DNA from: an uncultured Actinomycetes bacterium
Lineage (GTDB): Bacteria > Actinomycetota > UBA4738 > HRBIN12
Assembly (NCBI GenBank): GCA_963704885.1
Contig: CAVPIB010000004.1
Span: 480,001-544,000 of the forward strand
Reading direction: 5' to 3'
Length of the DNA stretch: 64,000 nt
In this document: positions 10,847 to 21,200 of the stretch, piece after piece
How the letters are laid out: each line of letters starts with the position of its first letter
Position numbering within the stretch: position 1 is the stretch's first letter
Notes under the pieces: model-generated
Database searches by the model: none
What the model was told of the DNA's origin: nothing
What the model saw: only the letters and a program-made list of their open reading frames with translations
Program-made: the position numbers and the translations under genes

Positions 10847-11563
10847 CTACGAGCTCGAACGATCGCCGGGCTGCGAGATCCGCGCGAAGGCCTCCCGGGC
10901 CGCCTGCTGTTCGGCTTCCTTCTTGGACCGCCCCGTTCCCGTGCCGAACGGTTCTCCGGTCAGGTAGACGGTGGCCGTGAACTCCTTCTCGTGATCGGGC
11001 CCCCGCTCCTCCAGCCGGTACTCCGGCATGGAGCGCAGCTCCTGCGACGCGAGCTCCTGCAGGATGGTCTTGTAGTCGCGATCGCCTTCGCCGCGGACAT
11101 AGGCCTCCATCCGGGGACGGAAGAGCCGCTCGATCAGCTCGCGGGATACGTCGAGTCCCCGATCCAGGTATATGGCCCCGAACACTGCCTCGAGCGCGTC
11201 GGCCAGGATGCTCGCCTTGTCACGGCCGCCCGAGAGCTCCTCACCCTTGCCCAGCAGCACCATGTTCCCCAGGCCGAGCGAGCGGGCGACATCGGCGAGA
11301 GCGGTCATGTTCACGATCGCGGCCCGAAGCTTAGCGAGCGCCCCCTCGGGCATGTCCGGGTAGGTGAGGTACGCCATGTCGGTGACGATCAGACCGAGCA
11401 CCGAGTCCCCGAGGAACTCCAGCCGTTCGTTCGTCACGGTGGAGCCGCGCTCGAACGCGTGAGAGCGGTGGGTGAGCGCGGCCTCACGCAGCGAGGCGTC
11501 AAGGAACGACACGCCGAGGGCCCGGTCGAGCGACTCGAGCGCCACGACGGGGACGGAGCTCAC
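10847..11563 (-). CDS. rnc: Ribonuclease III
   Basis: ALTHRS, NERLEFLGDSVL, dsRBD DYKTILQE..GRSKKEAEQ. Confidence 0.97.
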   Translation of the reverse strand: MSSVPVVALESLDRALGVSFLDASLREAALTHRSHAFERGSTVTNERLEFLGDSVLGLIVTDMAYLTYPDMPEGALAKLRAAIVNMTALADVARSLGLGNMVLLGKGEELSGGRDKASILADALEAVFGAIYLDRGLDVSRELIERLFRPRMEAYVRGEGDRDYKTILQELASQELRSMPEYRLEERGPDHEKEFTATVYLTGEPFGTGTGRSKKEAEQQAAREAFARISQPGDRSSS

Positions 11564-11567
11564 GCCG

Positions 11568-11744
11568 TTACTCGACCTCGACGGCCTGCCGGCCGGCGTA
11601 GTAGCCGCAGTTGCCGCACACCCGGTGCGGAAGCTTGGGTTGATGACACTGTGGACACTCCGCGTAAGCGGGAGCCTGACTCTTCCAGTTCGCCGAACGC
11701 TTTGCGCTGCGTGTCTTGCTCTGCTTCTTCTTGGGAACGGCCAT
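11568..11744 (-). CDS. rpmF: 50S ribosomal protein L32
   Basis: MAVPKKKQSKTR..CPQC..PHRVCGNCGYY. Confidence 0.96.
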   Translation of the reverse strand: MAVPKKKQSKTRSAKRSANWKSQAPAYAECPQCHQPKLPHRVCGNCGYYAGRQAVEVE

Positions 11745-11763
11745 CGGTTCCTTCCTTCCGGGT

Positions 11764-12279
11764 TCAGTCCTCGAGGTCCTGGAGCACCAGATCCAGGTCG
11801 GCCCACCGAGGATCGATCTGAGGGTGGTCGCCTGGGCATTCGCCGAGGTTCCGGTCGCCGCCGCAAACGCTGCAGAGCCCCTGGCAATCGGGGCTATGCA
11901 GCGGGGAGAACGGCAACTCGAGCCCGAGGGTGTCACGGACCATCTGCTCGGCGTCCATGAGACCTTCGGCGTCTAGCGGGTACACGTCGGCGTCGTCGTC
12001 TGCGGGGTTGGGCGTGAAGAGCTCGTGCACGTCGACCTGGACCGGTAGCTCGAAGTCCTTCAGACACCGGGCACAGCGGAGCGCGAACGTGCCGGCCAGT
12101 CGTCCGGTCGCGAGGATCCCTTCGACCACCGACTCCAGCAGTAAGTCCCCCTCCACCGGTTCGTCCGCCTTGAGTGTGGCGACCTCTGAGCCGAGGCCTT
12201 CCAGCGTCCCGCGGACGTGCAAGGTGCGTGACGAGCCAGGGTGACCCAATAGGTCGCGCACGTCGACGGGGTCGATCAC
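11764..12279 (-). CDS. DUF177/YceD metal-binding protein
   Basis: CARCL and DCQGLCSVCG..DPRW motifs, upstream of rpmF. Confidence 0.9.
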   Translation of the reverse strand: MIDPVDVRDLLGHPGSSRTLHVRGTLEGLGSEVATLKADEPVEGDLLLESVVEGILATGRLAGTFALRCARCLKDFELPVQVDVHELFTPNPADDDADVYPLDAEGLMDAEQMVRDTLGLELPFSPLHSPDCQGLCSVCGGDRNLGECPGDHPQIDPRWADLDLVLQDLED

Positions 12280-12833
12280 CGGGCCTCCTCGTCGAACAGC
12301 TCGCCCTCCGGCTTGTCAGGGCTCCCGAACTCCTGCTCGGCAGCCGTGGTGGGCGCCCGCAGACGTTCGCGACCGATCTCGATCTGGTCCAGTGTCTTCG
12401 CGAGGGCTCGATTCGCGCCCTGCGACTCCTCGAGGATCCGACGTAGCGCGATCTCGAACTGGGCGAGCCTGGCGTCGACGTAGGTCTCGGCTTCGACGCG
12501 GCCGTCGTCGGCCTGTTGCTGCGCCTCGGCGACGATGCGGTCCGCTTCCTCCTCGGCGCGCTGGACGACCTCTCCCTTGCGGGCCATCCTGAGCTGGTCC
12601 TCGCGCGCCTGTTCGACGATCCGCTCAGCCTCCTGGCGAGCCTTCGCGAGCAGTTCCTCGCGATCCTTCACGATCCATCGCGCCTGCTTGATCTCCTCAG
12701 GTAGTGACTCCCGCATCTCCTGGATCATCTCGATGACCTCGTCGCGATTGAGCAGCGCAGAAGACGAGAGCGGCATCGACTTGGCGTCGCGCACCACGTC
12801 TTCGAGCTGCTGCAGGCGGCCGGCGAGGTCCAT
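12276..12833 (-). CDS. DivIVA-like coiled-coil protein (SepIVA/Rv2927c-like)
   Basis: AKSMPLSSSALLNRDE..LPEEIKQARWIVKDRE; sits between coaD and DUF177. Confidence 0.75.
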   Translation of the reverse strand: MDLAGRLQQLEDVVRDAKSMPLSSSALLNRDEVIEMIQEMRESLPEEIKQARWIVKDREELLAKARQEAERIVEQAREDQLRMARKGEVVQRAEEEADRIVAEAQQQADDGRVEAETYVDARLAQFEIALRRILEESQGANRALAKTLDQIEIGRERLRAPTTAAEQEFGSPDKPEGELFDEEAR

Positions 12834-13318
12834 CAGGAGCCGACCCCGAGCCGATCGATCAGGCGCTTGCGAACGTGATCGGGGACCAGCCCCTCCACGT
12901 CGCCGCCGAAACGCGCGACCTCTTTCACGAGGGAGGACGACAGGAACGACCACTTCGGGTTGGTGGGCATGAACAGGGTCTCGACCTCACCCAGCCGCAG
13001 ATTCATCTGGGCCATCTGGATCTCGTATTCGTAATCGGACACCGCTCTCAGGCCCTTCACGATAGCCGTAGCGCCCTGTTCCCGGGCGAACTCGACCAGG
13101 AGCCCGGAGAACGGCCTCACTGAGGCGTTCGACAGGGCCGAGCAGGCCTCCTCGAGCATGGCCACCCGCTCGTCGACGGTGAAGACGGGCTGCTTGGACG
13201 GGTTCTCCAGAACGCCGACGACCACGGTGTCGAAGGTTGCGCTGGTACGGCCGATGATGTCGATGTGGCCGTTCGTCACCGGGTCGAACGTCCCCGGACA
13301 TAGGGCGGTCAGGCCCAT
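12833..13318 (-). CDS. coaD: Phosphopantetheine adenylyltransferase
   Basis: PGTFDPVTNGH, KGLRAVSDYEYE, LSSSLVKE. Confidence 0.97.
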   Translation of the reverse strand: MGLTALCPGTFDPVTNGHIDIIGRTSATFDTVVVGVLENPSKQPVFTVDERVAMLEEACSALSNASVRPFSGLLVEFAREQGATAIVKGLRAVSDYEYEIQMAQMNLRLGEVETLFMPTNPKWSFLSSSLVKEVARFGGDVEGLVPDHVRKRLIDRLGVGS

Positions 13319-13872
13319 GAAACCTCCCGGTACAAGATGACGAGGCTGTCGCCGTAGCGCAGCTGCCTCGCGACGGCCCAGTGTACCGGAATGACAGGCG
13401 TGGAACTCTTGACGCCGCGCGTGAGCGCCACCGTCCAACCGTCCTCGGCGAGCCATCCCGAGGACAGTTCCCGCAGCACAACGGCAAGATCGGGCCCATC
13501 GAGATCATAGGGGGGGTCTACGAGAGCGAGGTCGAAGGGGTCTTCGGACCGATGATGCCCGGTGAGGAACGCATGGGTGTCCGCCGCCACCACGGTGGCT
13601 CGATCCTGCAGTTCGGTCAAGGCGAGGTTGCCGTAGATGAGGGCGCAGGCCTCGGGCGACCGATCCACGAAGATGGCCGCCTCGGCGCCACGCGAGAGCG
13701 CCTCGATGCCCATCGCCCCGGTGCCCGCGTATAGGTCCAGCACGCGGGCTTCGGGGATCTCGGCCGCCAGGCTTGAGAAGACGCCCTCGCGGGCCCGATC
13801 CGACACGGGGCGGACCCCGGGCGGCACCGGCCCGAGCTTGCGTCCTTTGGCGCTACCGCCGATGACCCGCAT
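13309..13872 (-). CDS. rsmD: 16S rRNA m2G966 methyltransferase
   Basis: MRVIGGSAKG, DLYAGTGAMGIEALSRGA, DPPY. Confidence 0.93.
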   Translation of the reverse strand: MRVIGGSAKGRKLGPVPPGVRPVSDRAREGVFSSLAAEIPEARVLDLYAGTGAMGIEALSRGAEAAIFVDRSPEACALIYGNLALTELQDRATVVAADTHAFLTGHHRSEDPFDLALVDPPYDLDGPDLAVVLRELSSGWLAEDGWTVALTRGVKSSTPVIPVHWAVARQLRYGDSLVILYREVSWA

Positions 13873-13898
13873 CGATCCAGCCTACGGGGAGCAACGAG

Positions 13899-16142
13899 CT
13901 AGGAATGGAACAGCCAATCGATCGACCCTCCGAAGCGCGACCGGAGCTCGCTCAGCAGGCCCCGGTGCCGGTCAAGGTGAGGGTCGTCCTCGATCAAGGC
14001 GAACGCGCGAGCGCGAGCGCGCTTCACCAGCTCCAGGTCCTCAGCCAGACGGGCGAGCCTCAGGTCGGGCATGCCCGACTGCTTCGTGTCGAAGAGCGTT
14101 CCCTCACCCCGCAGCCGGAGATCCTCGTCGGCCAGCTCGAATCCGTCGTTGGTTCGGACCATCGCGGCGATGCGCGCCCTGGCCTCCAAGTTGGTCTCGT
14201 CGGACTCGTCGAAGAGGATGCAGGTGCTGGCGTGCGCTCCGCGGCCGATCCGGCCGCGGAGCTGGTGCAACTGAGCCAGACCGAACCTCTCCGCGTTCTC
14301 CACGAGCATCACCGTGGCGTTCGGCACGTCGACCCCAACCTCGATCACGGTGGTGGATATGAGCAGATCCGCCTCGCCGCTGCGGAACCGATCCATGGCG
14401 GCATCCTTGTCCTTAGGGCGCATCCGTCCGTGCAGCAGGTCGACCTGGAGCTCTGGGAAGACCTCCGTGGCGAGCCGGTCCGCTTCCGCCTCGGCCGCCT
14501 TCACCTGTGAGCGATTCCCTTCGTCGATCGCCGCGCAGACCACGAACGCTTGCCGACCCGCCGCGGCCTCACCGCGGACCAGCTCGTACGCGTCGTCGCG
14601 TTCCTCCGGCGTGCGGACGGCAACCGTCTCGATCGGCTTCCGGCCCTTCGGCATCTCGTCCAGAACCACGACATCCAGGTCGCCGTAGTACGTGAGCGCA
14701 AGGGTGCGTGGTATCGGCGTTGCGGTCATGATCACCACGTCCGGGTCGGCGCCTTTACCCCTCAGCGCCATCCGCTGATGCAGGCCGAACCGGTGCTGCT
14801 CGTCGATCACGACGAGCGAGAGGTCGTGGAACTCCACGCCCTCCTGCACCAGGGCGTGCGTCCCTACCACCAGATCCACGCCGCCGTCGGCTATGCCACG
14901 AAGGATCCGCTGGCGATCCTTGCCGGTGACGGCCGCCGTCAGGAGCGCGAAGCTGACGACGGGTGCATCGGCGCCGACGGCCCCGGGCGGTTCGGGATCC
15001 AGGAGCGACGCCTGTCGGTCGGCCTTCACGGGGTCAGAGATGAGGTACGGGACGGCGCCGATCCCAGCCAGCAGCGAAGCGATCGAGCGCTGGTGCTGCG
15101 TGGCCAGGACCTCGGTCGGTGCCATGATCGCCGCCTGGTGACCCGACCGGATGGCCACCAGCGCCGCGTGCAGGGCGACCAGGGTCTTGCCGGAGCCGAC
15201 ATCTCCTTGCAGGAGCACGTTCATAGGACGGGGAAGGGCCATGGACTCGTCGATCCGCTCCATGGCCGCGCGCTGCGCCGCCGTCGGCTCGAACGGCAGC
15301 GAGGCGAGCGACAGCTCCAAGAGCGGGCCTTCGACCTCGTGAGCGACGCCGGCCTGTTCGCGTTCGACCCGATGCTTGCGGAACGCCACGCCAAGCTCCA
15401 GCGTGAAGAGCTCATCGAACTTCAACCGCTCCTGCGCCCGGGCCAGCTCCGACGGATCCTGCGGGAAGTGGATCCATCGGATGGCCCGGTCGAAGGGTCC
15501 GAGCCTCTCGGCCTTAACCAGCTCGCGCGGGAGCGGATCGGGTGATGGCGGGAGCTGCTCGAGCGCCCGATGGACCAGCTCGCGGATCGTTCGTGTGGTT
15601 AGGCCCTCCGATGCCGGATGCACCGGGGTGATGCGGCCGGTGTGGATCAGGTCGGCCTCGTCGCCGCTCAGTAGCTCGACCTCCTGGTTCGCCAGCTGGA
15701 GTCTGCCTCGGTACATGGTTGCGACACCTGAGACCGCGAGCTCCTGCCCCTCCTTGTAGAGCGTGGCCGCCCACGGCTGATTGAAGAACGTGAGATCCAG
15801 GTACCCGGTCCCGTCGTAGAGCGTGACGGTCACCATGGTCTGGTGACGACGGGTCTGGCGCCGAGCGACCTTGCGGACAGCGGCGATCACCGTCGCGTAC
15901 TGCCCCACCTTCAGCCCGCCGACGGTCTCCACTCGCGAGCGGTCGATGTACCGCCGCGGATAGTGACGCAGGAGGTCTCCCACCGTCCTTATGTCGAAGG
16001 CACGCTCGAGCACCTCATGGGCTTCCGGACCTTTGGTCCGGAAACCCGAACGCCTGGTGGCGAGACGCCTGTCGATCTGCAGGACAGGCGAGTCCAGTGA
16101 AAGGGTCACGAGGGGCTCCTCATCGAGGGTCGGTTCTATCAT
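13899..16142 (-). CDS. recG: ATP-dependent DNA helicase RecG
   Basis: QGDVGSGKT, DEQHRFG, MTATPIPRTL, QLHQLRGRIGRG; start trimmed from the long ORF. Confidence 0.96.
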   Translation of the reverse strand: MIEPTLDEEPLVTLSLDSPVLQIDRRLATRRSGFRTKGPEAHEVLERAFDIRTVGDLLRHYPRRYIDRSRVETVGGLKVGQYATVIAAVRKVARRQTRRHQTMVTVTLYDGTGYLDLTFFNQPWAATLYKEGQELAVSGVATMYRGRLQLANQEVELLSGDEADLIHTGRITPVHPASEGLTTRTIRELVHRALEQLPPSPDPLPRELVKAERLGPFDRAIRWIHFPQDPSELARAQERLKFDELFTLELGVAFRKHRVEREQAGVAHEVEGPLLELSLASLPFEPTAAQRAAMERIDESMALPRPMNVLLQGDVGSGKTLVALHAALVAIRSGHQAAIMAPTEVLATQHQRSIASLLAGIGAVPYLISDPVKADRQASLLDPEPPGAVGADAPVVSFALLTAAVTGKDRQRILRGIADGGVDLVVGTHALVQEGVEFHDLSLVVIDEQHRFGLHQRMALRGKGADPDVVIMTATPIPRTLALTYYGDLDVVVLDEMPKGRKPIETVAVRTPEERDDAYELVRGEAAAGRQAFVVCAAIDEGNRSQVKAAEAEADRLATEVFPELQVDLLHGRMRPKDKDAAMDRFRSGEADLLISTTVIEVGVDVPNATVMLVENAERFGLAQLHQLRGRIGRGAHASTCILFDESDETNLEARARIAAMVRTNDGFELADEDLRLRGEGTLFDTKQSGMPDLRLARLAEDLELVKRARARAFALIEDDPHLDRHRGLLSELRSRFGGSIDWLFHS

Positions 16143-16241
16143 GCGAGCGATGGCGCCTCGCCGGTCTCTACGACGCCGAGGGGATCTTCGTCTCGACGTG
16201 GCCACGGCCGGACGAGAGACGTCTGTTACCCTGAGCGGCCT

Positions 16242-16445
16242 ATGGCTGCGGTATGCGAGGTCTGCGGTAAGAAGCCGTTCTTCGGCAAATCCGTGACCTT
16301 CTCCCACAAGAGGAACAACCGGCGCTGGAACCCGAACATCCAGAAGGTTCGCGCCTTGGTGGACGGCACCCCACGCCGTCTGCACGTGTGCACGTCCTGT
16401 ATCAAGGCCGGCAAGGTCACGCGCATCCCTCAGCGCGTCACGTAG
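16242..16445 (+). CDS. rpmB: 50S ribosomal protein L28
   Basis: CEVCGKKPFFG..RRWNPNIQ..VCTSCIKAGKV. Confidence 0.96.
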   Translation: MAAVCEVCGKKPFFGKSVTFSHKRNNRRWNPNIQKVRALVDGTPRRLHVCTSCIKAGKVTRIPQRVT

Positions 16446-16447
16446 CC

Positions 16448-17266
16448 CTACCCGTCGCTCCACGGGATCGACCAGAGCTGATCCACCGGCCCTATGCCGC
16501 CGCCCATCGCCAGTGAACGTCGGAGCGCCTCCGTCACGAAGACCTTCCCAGCGCGCACCGAGTCCAGCGTTCCCTCGCCCATCGCCAGGTGCGCCGTGAT
16601 CGCCGCCGACAGGGTGCACCCCGTGCCGTGGGTGTTCGGCGTGTCGATACGCTCGGCCACGATCCACTCCTCCCGGACGCCGTCCGCGAACAGATCGGCC
16701 GCCTCCCGCTCCTCCTGCAGGTGTCCGCCTTTCACCAAGACCGCACCGGCTCCGAGCTCCAGGATCGACTCGGCCGCCCGGCGCATGTCCTGCCGGGACT
16801 CCACCGTGGTCCCGGCGAGTGCGGCGGCCTCGGGGAGGTTCGGCGTGACGAGAGCCGCGAGCGGGAGGATCCGCGACCTGAGCACTTCGACCGCGTCCTC
16901 CGCCAAGAGCGGGTGTCCGTGCTTGGACACGAACACCGGATCCACGACCAGGCTGCGGATCCCGGCCTGATCGATCGCATCTGCTACGCCCGTGACGATC
17001 TCCGCGCTCGCCAGCATCCCTGTCTTGGCCGCGTCCACGCCGATGTCCGTCACGACCGCGAGGATCTGCGCCCGCACCGTCGCGGGCGAGATCGCCTCGA
17101 AGCTCTGAACGCCCAGCGTGTTCTGGACGGTCACGGCCGTGACGGCGGTCACACCGAACACGCCGAGAGCGCTGAACGTCTTGAGATCGGCCTGGATCCC
17201 CGCCCCGCCGCCCGAATCTGAGCCGGCGATCGTGAGAGCACGGGGGCGGGGAGCGGAACCCGTCAT
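16448..17266 (-). CDS. thiD: Hydroxymethylpyrimidine/phosphomethylpyrimidine kinase
   Basis: [33 protein letters not shown]. Confidence 0.95.
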   Translation of the reverse strand: MTGSAPRPRALTIAGSDSGGGAGIQADLKTFSALGVFGVTAVTAVTVQNTLGVQSFEAISPATVRAQILAVVTDIGVDAAKTGMLASAEIVTGVADAIDQAGIRSLVVDPVFVSKHGHPLLAEDAVEVLRSRILPLAALVTPNLPEAAALAGTTVESRQDMRRAAESILELGAGAVLVKGGHLQEEREAADLFADGVREEWIVAERIDTPNTHGTGCTLSAAITAHLAMGEGTLDSVRAGKVFVTEALRRSLAMGGGIGPVDQLWSIPWSDG

Positions 17267-18219
17267 CGGAAATGGTCCCAACCCGTCGGCTCCATCGGAT
17301 GCTCCGACCCATCGGAGCCGACGGCTACCGTACCGTGGCCCTGCACCACTACGCCGATCTCGGTGAGCGACACGCCGAACGCTTCCTTCAGCTCCACGGC
17401 GGCCGCGTCGACCGCGTCCGGATCGGGAAGCGTGGCGAGCAGCTCGTAGTCCTCACCGCCTCCGAGCGCCTCCTCCAGCGTGGCGAGGTGCGCCACCGGC
17501 ACGCGACCGAGCTCCAACCGAGCCGCGACCCCGCTCGCCTTCAACAGACGCGACAGGTCGAGCGAGAGGCCGTCGGAGATGTCGATCATCGCCGAAGCTC
17601 CGTGGCGAGCCAGGACCCCGCCCTCACCAACGCGCGCGGTCGGACGCAGGTGTCGCCGGATCGCCGCCCGCTGCTCCTGCGTCGGCCTCCTCCGCAGACG
17701 TGCGAACCGCAACCCCGCCGCGGAGCCACCCAGCTCGCCCGTGACGACCAGCCGATCCCCCGGCCGTGCACCCGATCGAAGGACCGCCCGGCCCGGAGCG
17801 ACCTCACCGGTCACCGTGATCGAGATCGCGATCTCGCCGCCGCGGGACAGATCGCCGCCAACCAGCCACAGAGCGTATTCGTCGCAGGCCTCCCGCATCC
17901 CGCCGAACAGCTCCATCACCCACGATGCCTCGACGTCCGGCGTGAGGGTGAGGGTGCAGACGGCCGAGCGGGGGCTCGCCCCCATGGCCCCGATGTCACT
18001 CACGTTCACCACGATGGCTTTGTGTCCCAGGTCACGGGCACTCGTTGCTGCTCGGACGAAGTGGACGTCCTCCACCAGCGAGTCGGCGGTGATGACTAGC
18101 TCGCCGGCGGTCGGAGCAAGCACGGCCGCGTCGTCGCCCACCCCCACCCGTACCTCCGGGCCCGCTCCCGACAGCACCCGACGGATCGCCTCCAGCAGCT
18201 GCTCTTCGGTGAGATCCAT
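17263..18219 (-). CDS. thiL: Thiamine-monophosphate kinase
   Basis: [30 protein letters not shown]. Confidence 0.95.
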   Translation of the reverse strand: MDLTEEQLLEAIRRVLSGAGPEVRVGVGDDAAVLAPTAGELVITADSLVEDVHFVRAATSARDLGHKAIVVNVSDIGAMGASPRSAVCTLTLTPDVEASWVMELFGGMREACDEYALWLVGGDLSRGGEIAISITVTGEVAPGRAVLRSGARPGDRLVVTGELGGSAAGLRFARLRRRPTQEQRAAIRRHLRPTARVGEGGVLARHGASAMIDISDGLSLDLSRLLKASGVAARLELGRVPVAHLATLEEALGGGEDYELLATLPDPDAVDAAAVELKEAFGVSLTEIGVVVQGHGTVAVGSDGSEHPMEPTGWDHFR

Positions 18220-18354
18220 GGCTCCGTCTTCCTGCCTGCAGGGCCGAGGTTCGTCCCGCGGCGGCCCGAGATGACGTTCGGCTTCAGTAGACTCTAAGTC
18301 GTCTTCGCGGTGCGACCGCGACAACCCACGGTAACCAACGAGGAGGCCTCCAAC

Positions 18355-19863
18355 GTGCCGCAGACCCACGTCAACCCCACGCCCGGAGAGCTACGCAGCT
18401 TCACCGAAGAGATGCAGCAGTGCCGTATCACCGAGTTCGACAACGTGAACGTCCAGACAGAGGTCGTGTCCCGCAGCGCTGGCAGTACGTACGTCGTGAC
18501 CTCGGACCCCTCGTCAACGTCCGGCAAGTCCATGACGCGTGAGGAGTTCGATCGTATCGCCGCGCTGCAGGACACCTACCTCAACGAGTGCGACCAGATC
18601 GTGATCGACGGCTACATCGGCAACGACCCCGAGATGCGGACCGCCGCTCGGCTCACGATCGAGAAGGCGAATGCGAACATCGCTGGGATGCAGCAGAAGC
18701 TCTATTTCGAACGCACCGACGGTGCCGACCCGGAGGTCGAGGTGATCTACACGCCGAACCTCTTGGCCGAGGGATACCCCGACGAGCGAGTCATCGCGGT
18801 GGATCTGGAGAACGGCGTCACGCGGGTCCTTCGATCCGACTACTTCGGCGAGTCGAAGAAGGGCGGCCTGCGGATGTGGAACGACATCGTCTACCGCAAG
18901 GGCGGGCTCGCGCTGCACGCGGGATTGAAGGTCATCCCGACGGACACCGGCGAGAAGGTCTTCATGATCATCGGTCTGTCTGGGACCGGGAAGACCACCA
19001 CCACGTTCACCACGCAGAACGGGTCAGAACCCGTGCAGGATGACTTCGTGGGCCTGATGCCGGGCGGATACGCCTACGGCACCGAGAACGGTTGCTTCGC
19101 CAAGACGTTCTCGCTCGACCCCGACTTCGAGCCCTCGATCTACGGCGCCGTAACCAAGCCGACGGCGTTCCTTGAGAACGTCTATCAGGACGATGGCGGC
19201 AAGGTGAACTTCTTCGAGGAGAGCTACACGCAGAACGGGCGAGCCGTCTTCGAGATGTCGGACCTGCATCGGTTCCGCGACGCGCGCGACGTGGGCACGG
19301 TCGACTACCTGTTGATCCTGAACCGCAACGAGAACATCATCCCCGCGGTGGCGAAGCTCTCGCAGGCGCAGGCGGCCGCGTTCTTCATGCTGGGCGAGAC
19401 CACCGGCACCAGTGCAGGAGGCGCGGCCGAGGCGGGCAAGTTCCTGCGCGTCCCGGGCACGAACCCGTTCTTCCCATTGCCGCACGGCCTGCAGGGCAAC
19501 CGCATCCTGGAGCTCCTCGCGTCCCACCCGATCGACACCTTCCTGCTGAACACCGGACGTGTGGGGGGTAAGGACGACGACGATCGCTCGAAGAAGCTCA
19601 AGATCCCGCACACATCCGCATGCGTGAAGGGGATCGCCGAGGAAACGATCACCTGGACCGACGACCCGGACTTCGGCTACCTGGTGGCGGATGCCGTGCC
19701 CGACATAGACGACCCGGAACTGCTCCAACCGCGACGTCTCTTCGAACGACAGGGCCGCGCGGACGAGTACTCCCAGCTGGTGGACCGGTTGAAGACCGAG
19801 CGAGTCGCGCGTTTGCAGGAGTTCGTGGAGCTCTCGGACGACATCGTGAAGGCCGCCGGTTAA
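18355..19863 (+). CDS. pckA: Phosphoenolpyruvate carboxykinase (ATP), divergent type
   Basis: YFGESKKG, LHAG, GLSGTGKTT, QDD, ENGCFAKT, NTG; AGGAGG RBS. Confidence 0.85.
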   Translation: MPQTHVNPTPGELRSFTEEMQQCRITEFDNVNVQTEVVSRSAGSTYVVTSDPSSTSGKSMTREEFDRIAALQDTYLNECDQIVIDGYIGNDPEMRTAARLTIEKANANIAGMQQKLYFERTDGADPEVEVIYTPNLLAEGYPDERVIAVDLENGVTRVLRSDYFGESKKGGLRMWNDIVYRKGGLALHAGLKVIPTDTGEKVFMIIGLSGTGKTTTTFTTQNGSEPVQDDFVGLMPGGYAYGTENGCFAKTFSLDPDFEPSIYGAVTKPTAFLENVYQDDGGKVNFFEESYTQNGRAVFEMSDLHRFRDARDVGTVDYLLILNRNENIIPAVAKLSQAQAAAFFMLGETTGTSAGGAAEAGKFLRVPGTNPFFPLPHGLQGNRILELLASHPIDTFLLNTGRVGGKDDDDRSKKLKIPHTSACVKGIAEETITWTDDPDFGYLVADAVPDIDDPELLQPRRLFERQGRADEYSQLVDRLKTERVARLQEFVELSDDIVKAAG

Positions 19864-19864
19864 C

Positions 19865-19885
19865 GCTAGTCTGACTCAGACTAGC
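19865..19885. repeat. Perfect 10+1+10 palindrome, CTAG-bounded element copy 2
   Basis: gctagtctga-c-tcagactagc between convergent stop codons. Confidence 0.7.
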
Positions 19886-20216
19886 TGTCGGGATCCTGGG
19901 AACGGGTCGCGGACCGGCGCCCCAGGAAGTAACCCGCCAGGAACTGGATCGCGGCCGATCCCACGAACACCAGGGCGAACCAGTCGTAGTTGCGCACATC
20001 GTCGATGAACGCTCGTCCGCGCGTGTCCGTCAGCGCATAGAGCAGGAACAATCCGGCCGATCCGAACCACAGGCCGACGCGGCCCGTGACGAACAGTGCG
20101 AAGAGCACATGATCGCGAACGTCAGAGCCGTCGAACGGCCTGCGGACCCAATACAGCAGCGATCGCACACCCAACGCGGTGAAGAGGACGACCATCGTGG
20201 CCTCGAGGACCTTCAC
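19881..20216 (-). CDS. Small membrane protein (about 3 TM)
   Basis: Hydrophobic segments; start overlaps upstream PRTase stop. Confidence 0.65.
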   Translation of the reverse strand: MKVLEATMVVLFTALGVRSLLYWVRRPFDGSDVRDHVLFALFVTGRVGLWFGSAGLFLLYALTDTRGRAFIDDVRNYDWFALVFVGSAAIQFLAGYFLGRRSATRSQDPDS

Positions 20217-20878
20217 AGGCGTCCTTCGAGGATCTGGATGACCTCGTCGTCCGAGACCTGATCGAACGTCAGGTACCACTCCCCCACGGCGGCGAACGAG
20301 GGCGGCGTCTCCATGACGATCACCTCGTCGGCCTCCTGGGCGAGCCTGCGGACCGTCTCCCTGGGCCCGACGGGGACCGCGAACACCACGCGGACGGCTC
20401 CCTGCGCTCGGCACCACCTGAGCGCCGCCATCGCCGTTGCCCCGGTGGCCACACCATCGTCGACGACCACGACCGTGGTGCCGGCGATCGCCGTCGCGTC
20501 CCCTCCCGAGCGGTACAGCTTCGTCCTCCTGAGGATCTCCTCCTCCTGACGCCCGATCTCTTCCTCGACGTAGCGCTCAGGGACCCCGAGCGCTCGGAGG
20601 AGGCGCTCGTCCAGGACCCGAACGCCCGGCGCGATCGCACCGATCGCGAGCTCGGGATTGCCCGGAGCCCCCAACTTGCGAGGGACCACCACGTCGAGCG
20701 GGGCCTTGAGGGCGTCGGAGACGGGGGCGGCGACCACGACTCCGCCGCGCGGTATCCCTAAGACGACCACGTGTTCACCCCGGAACCGGCCGACGAGCGA
20801 CGCCGCCAGGAGCTCCCCCGCCTCCACCCGATCACGGAACACCCCTCGATGATGCACCTCCGTCGCCTGACCGGCCAT
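20213..20878 (-). CDS. Phosphoribosyltransferase family protein
   Basis: GIPRGG, RKLGAPGNPE, VVVDDGVATGAT. Confidence 0.9.
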   Translation of the reverse strand: MAGQATEVHHRGVFRDRVEAGELLAASLVGRFRGEHVVVLGIPRGGVVVAAPVSDALKAPLDVVVPRKLGAPGNPELAIGAIAPGVRVLDERLLRALGVPERYVEEEIGRQEEEILRRTKLYRSGGDATAIAGTTVVVVDDGVATGATAMAALRWCRAQGAVRVVFAVPVGPRETVRRLAQEADEVIVMETPPSFAAVGEWYLTFDQVSDDEVIQILEGRL

Positions 20879-20963
20879 CCGTGGTCAGGACGGCGGTGCG
20901 CGTTGCGCCCGCCGTCACGCCGGGGCTAGCATGGCGCTCCCATCGAGCACAGGAGGCGTCCAG

Positions 20964-21197
20964 GTGGTCAATGCGTACATCCTCATCCAGACCGAGGTCG
21001 GGAAGGCCGCGGCCGTGGCGCAGGAGGTCCGAGCGATCTCGGGGGTCGCCGAGGCGGAAGACGTCACGGGTCCTTACGACGTGATCGTGCGCGCAGAGGC
21101 CAAGTCGGTCGACGAGTTGGGCAAGCTGGTCGTGGCCAGCATCCAGGCCGTGGAAGGGATAACGCGCACCCTCACCTGCCCGGTGGTGCACCTGTAG
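20964..21197 (+). CDS. Lrp/AsnC ligand-binding domain protein
   Basis: AYILIQTEVGK..VTGPYDVI..ITRTLTCPVVHL; AGGAGG RBS. Confidence 0.9.
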   Translation: MVNAYILIQTEVGKAAAVAQEVRAISGVAEAEDVTGPYDVIVRAEAKSVDELGKLVVASIQAVEGITRTLTCPVVHL

Positions 21198-21200
21198 GGA

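Noticed and set aside
13899-17312. 1137-aa RecG with a long N-terminal extension
   Set aside because: The extension overlaps thiD and rpmB and reads as low-complexity off-frame sequence; the real start is near 16.1 kb
18220-18350. TPP riboswitch upstream of thiL/thiD
   Set aside because: No CTGAGA or other TPP core motifs seen on either strand
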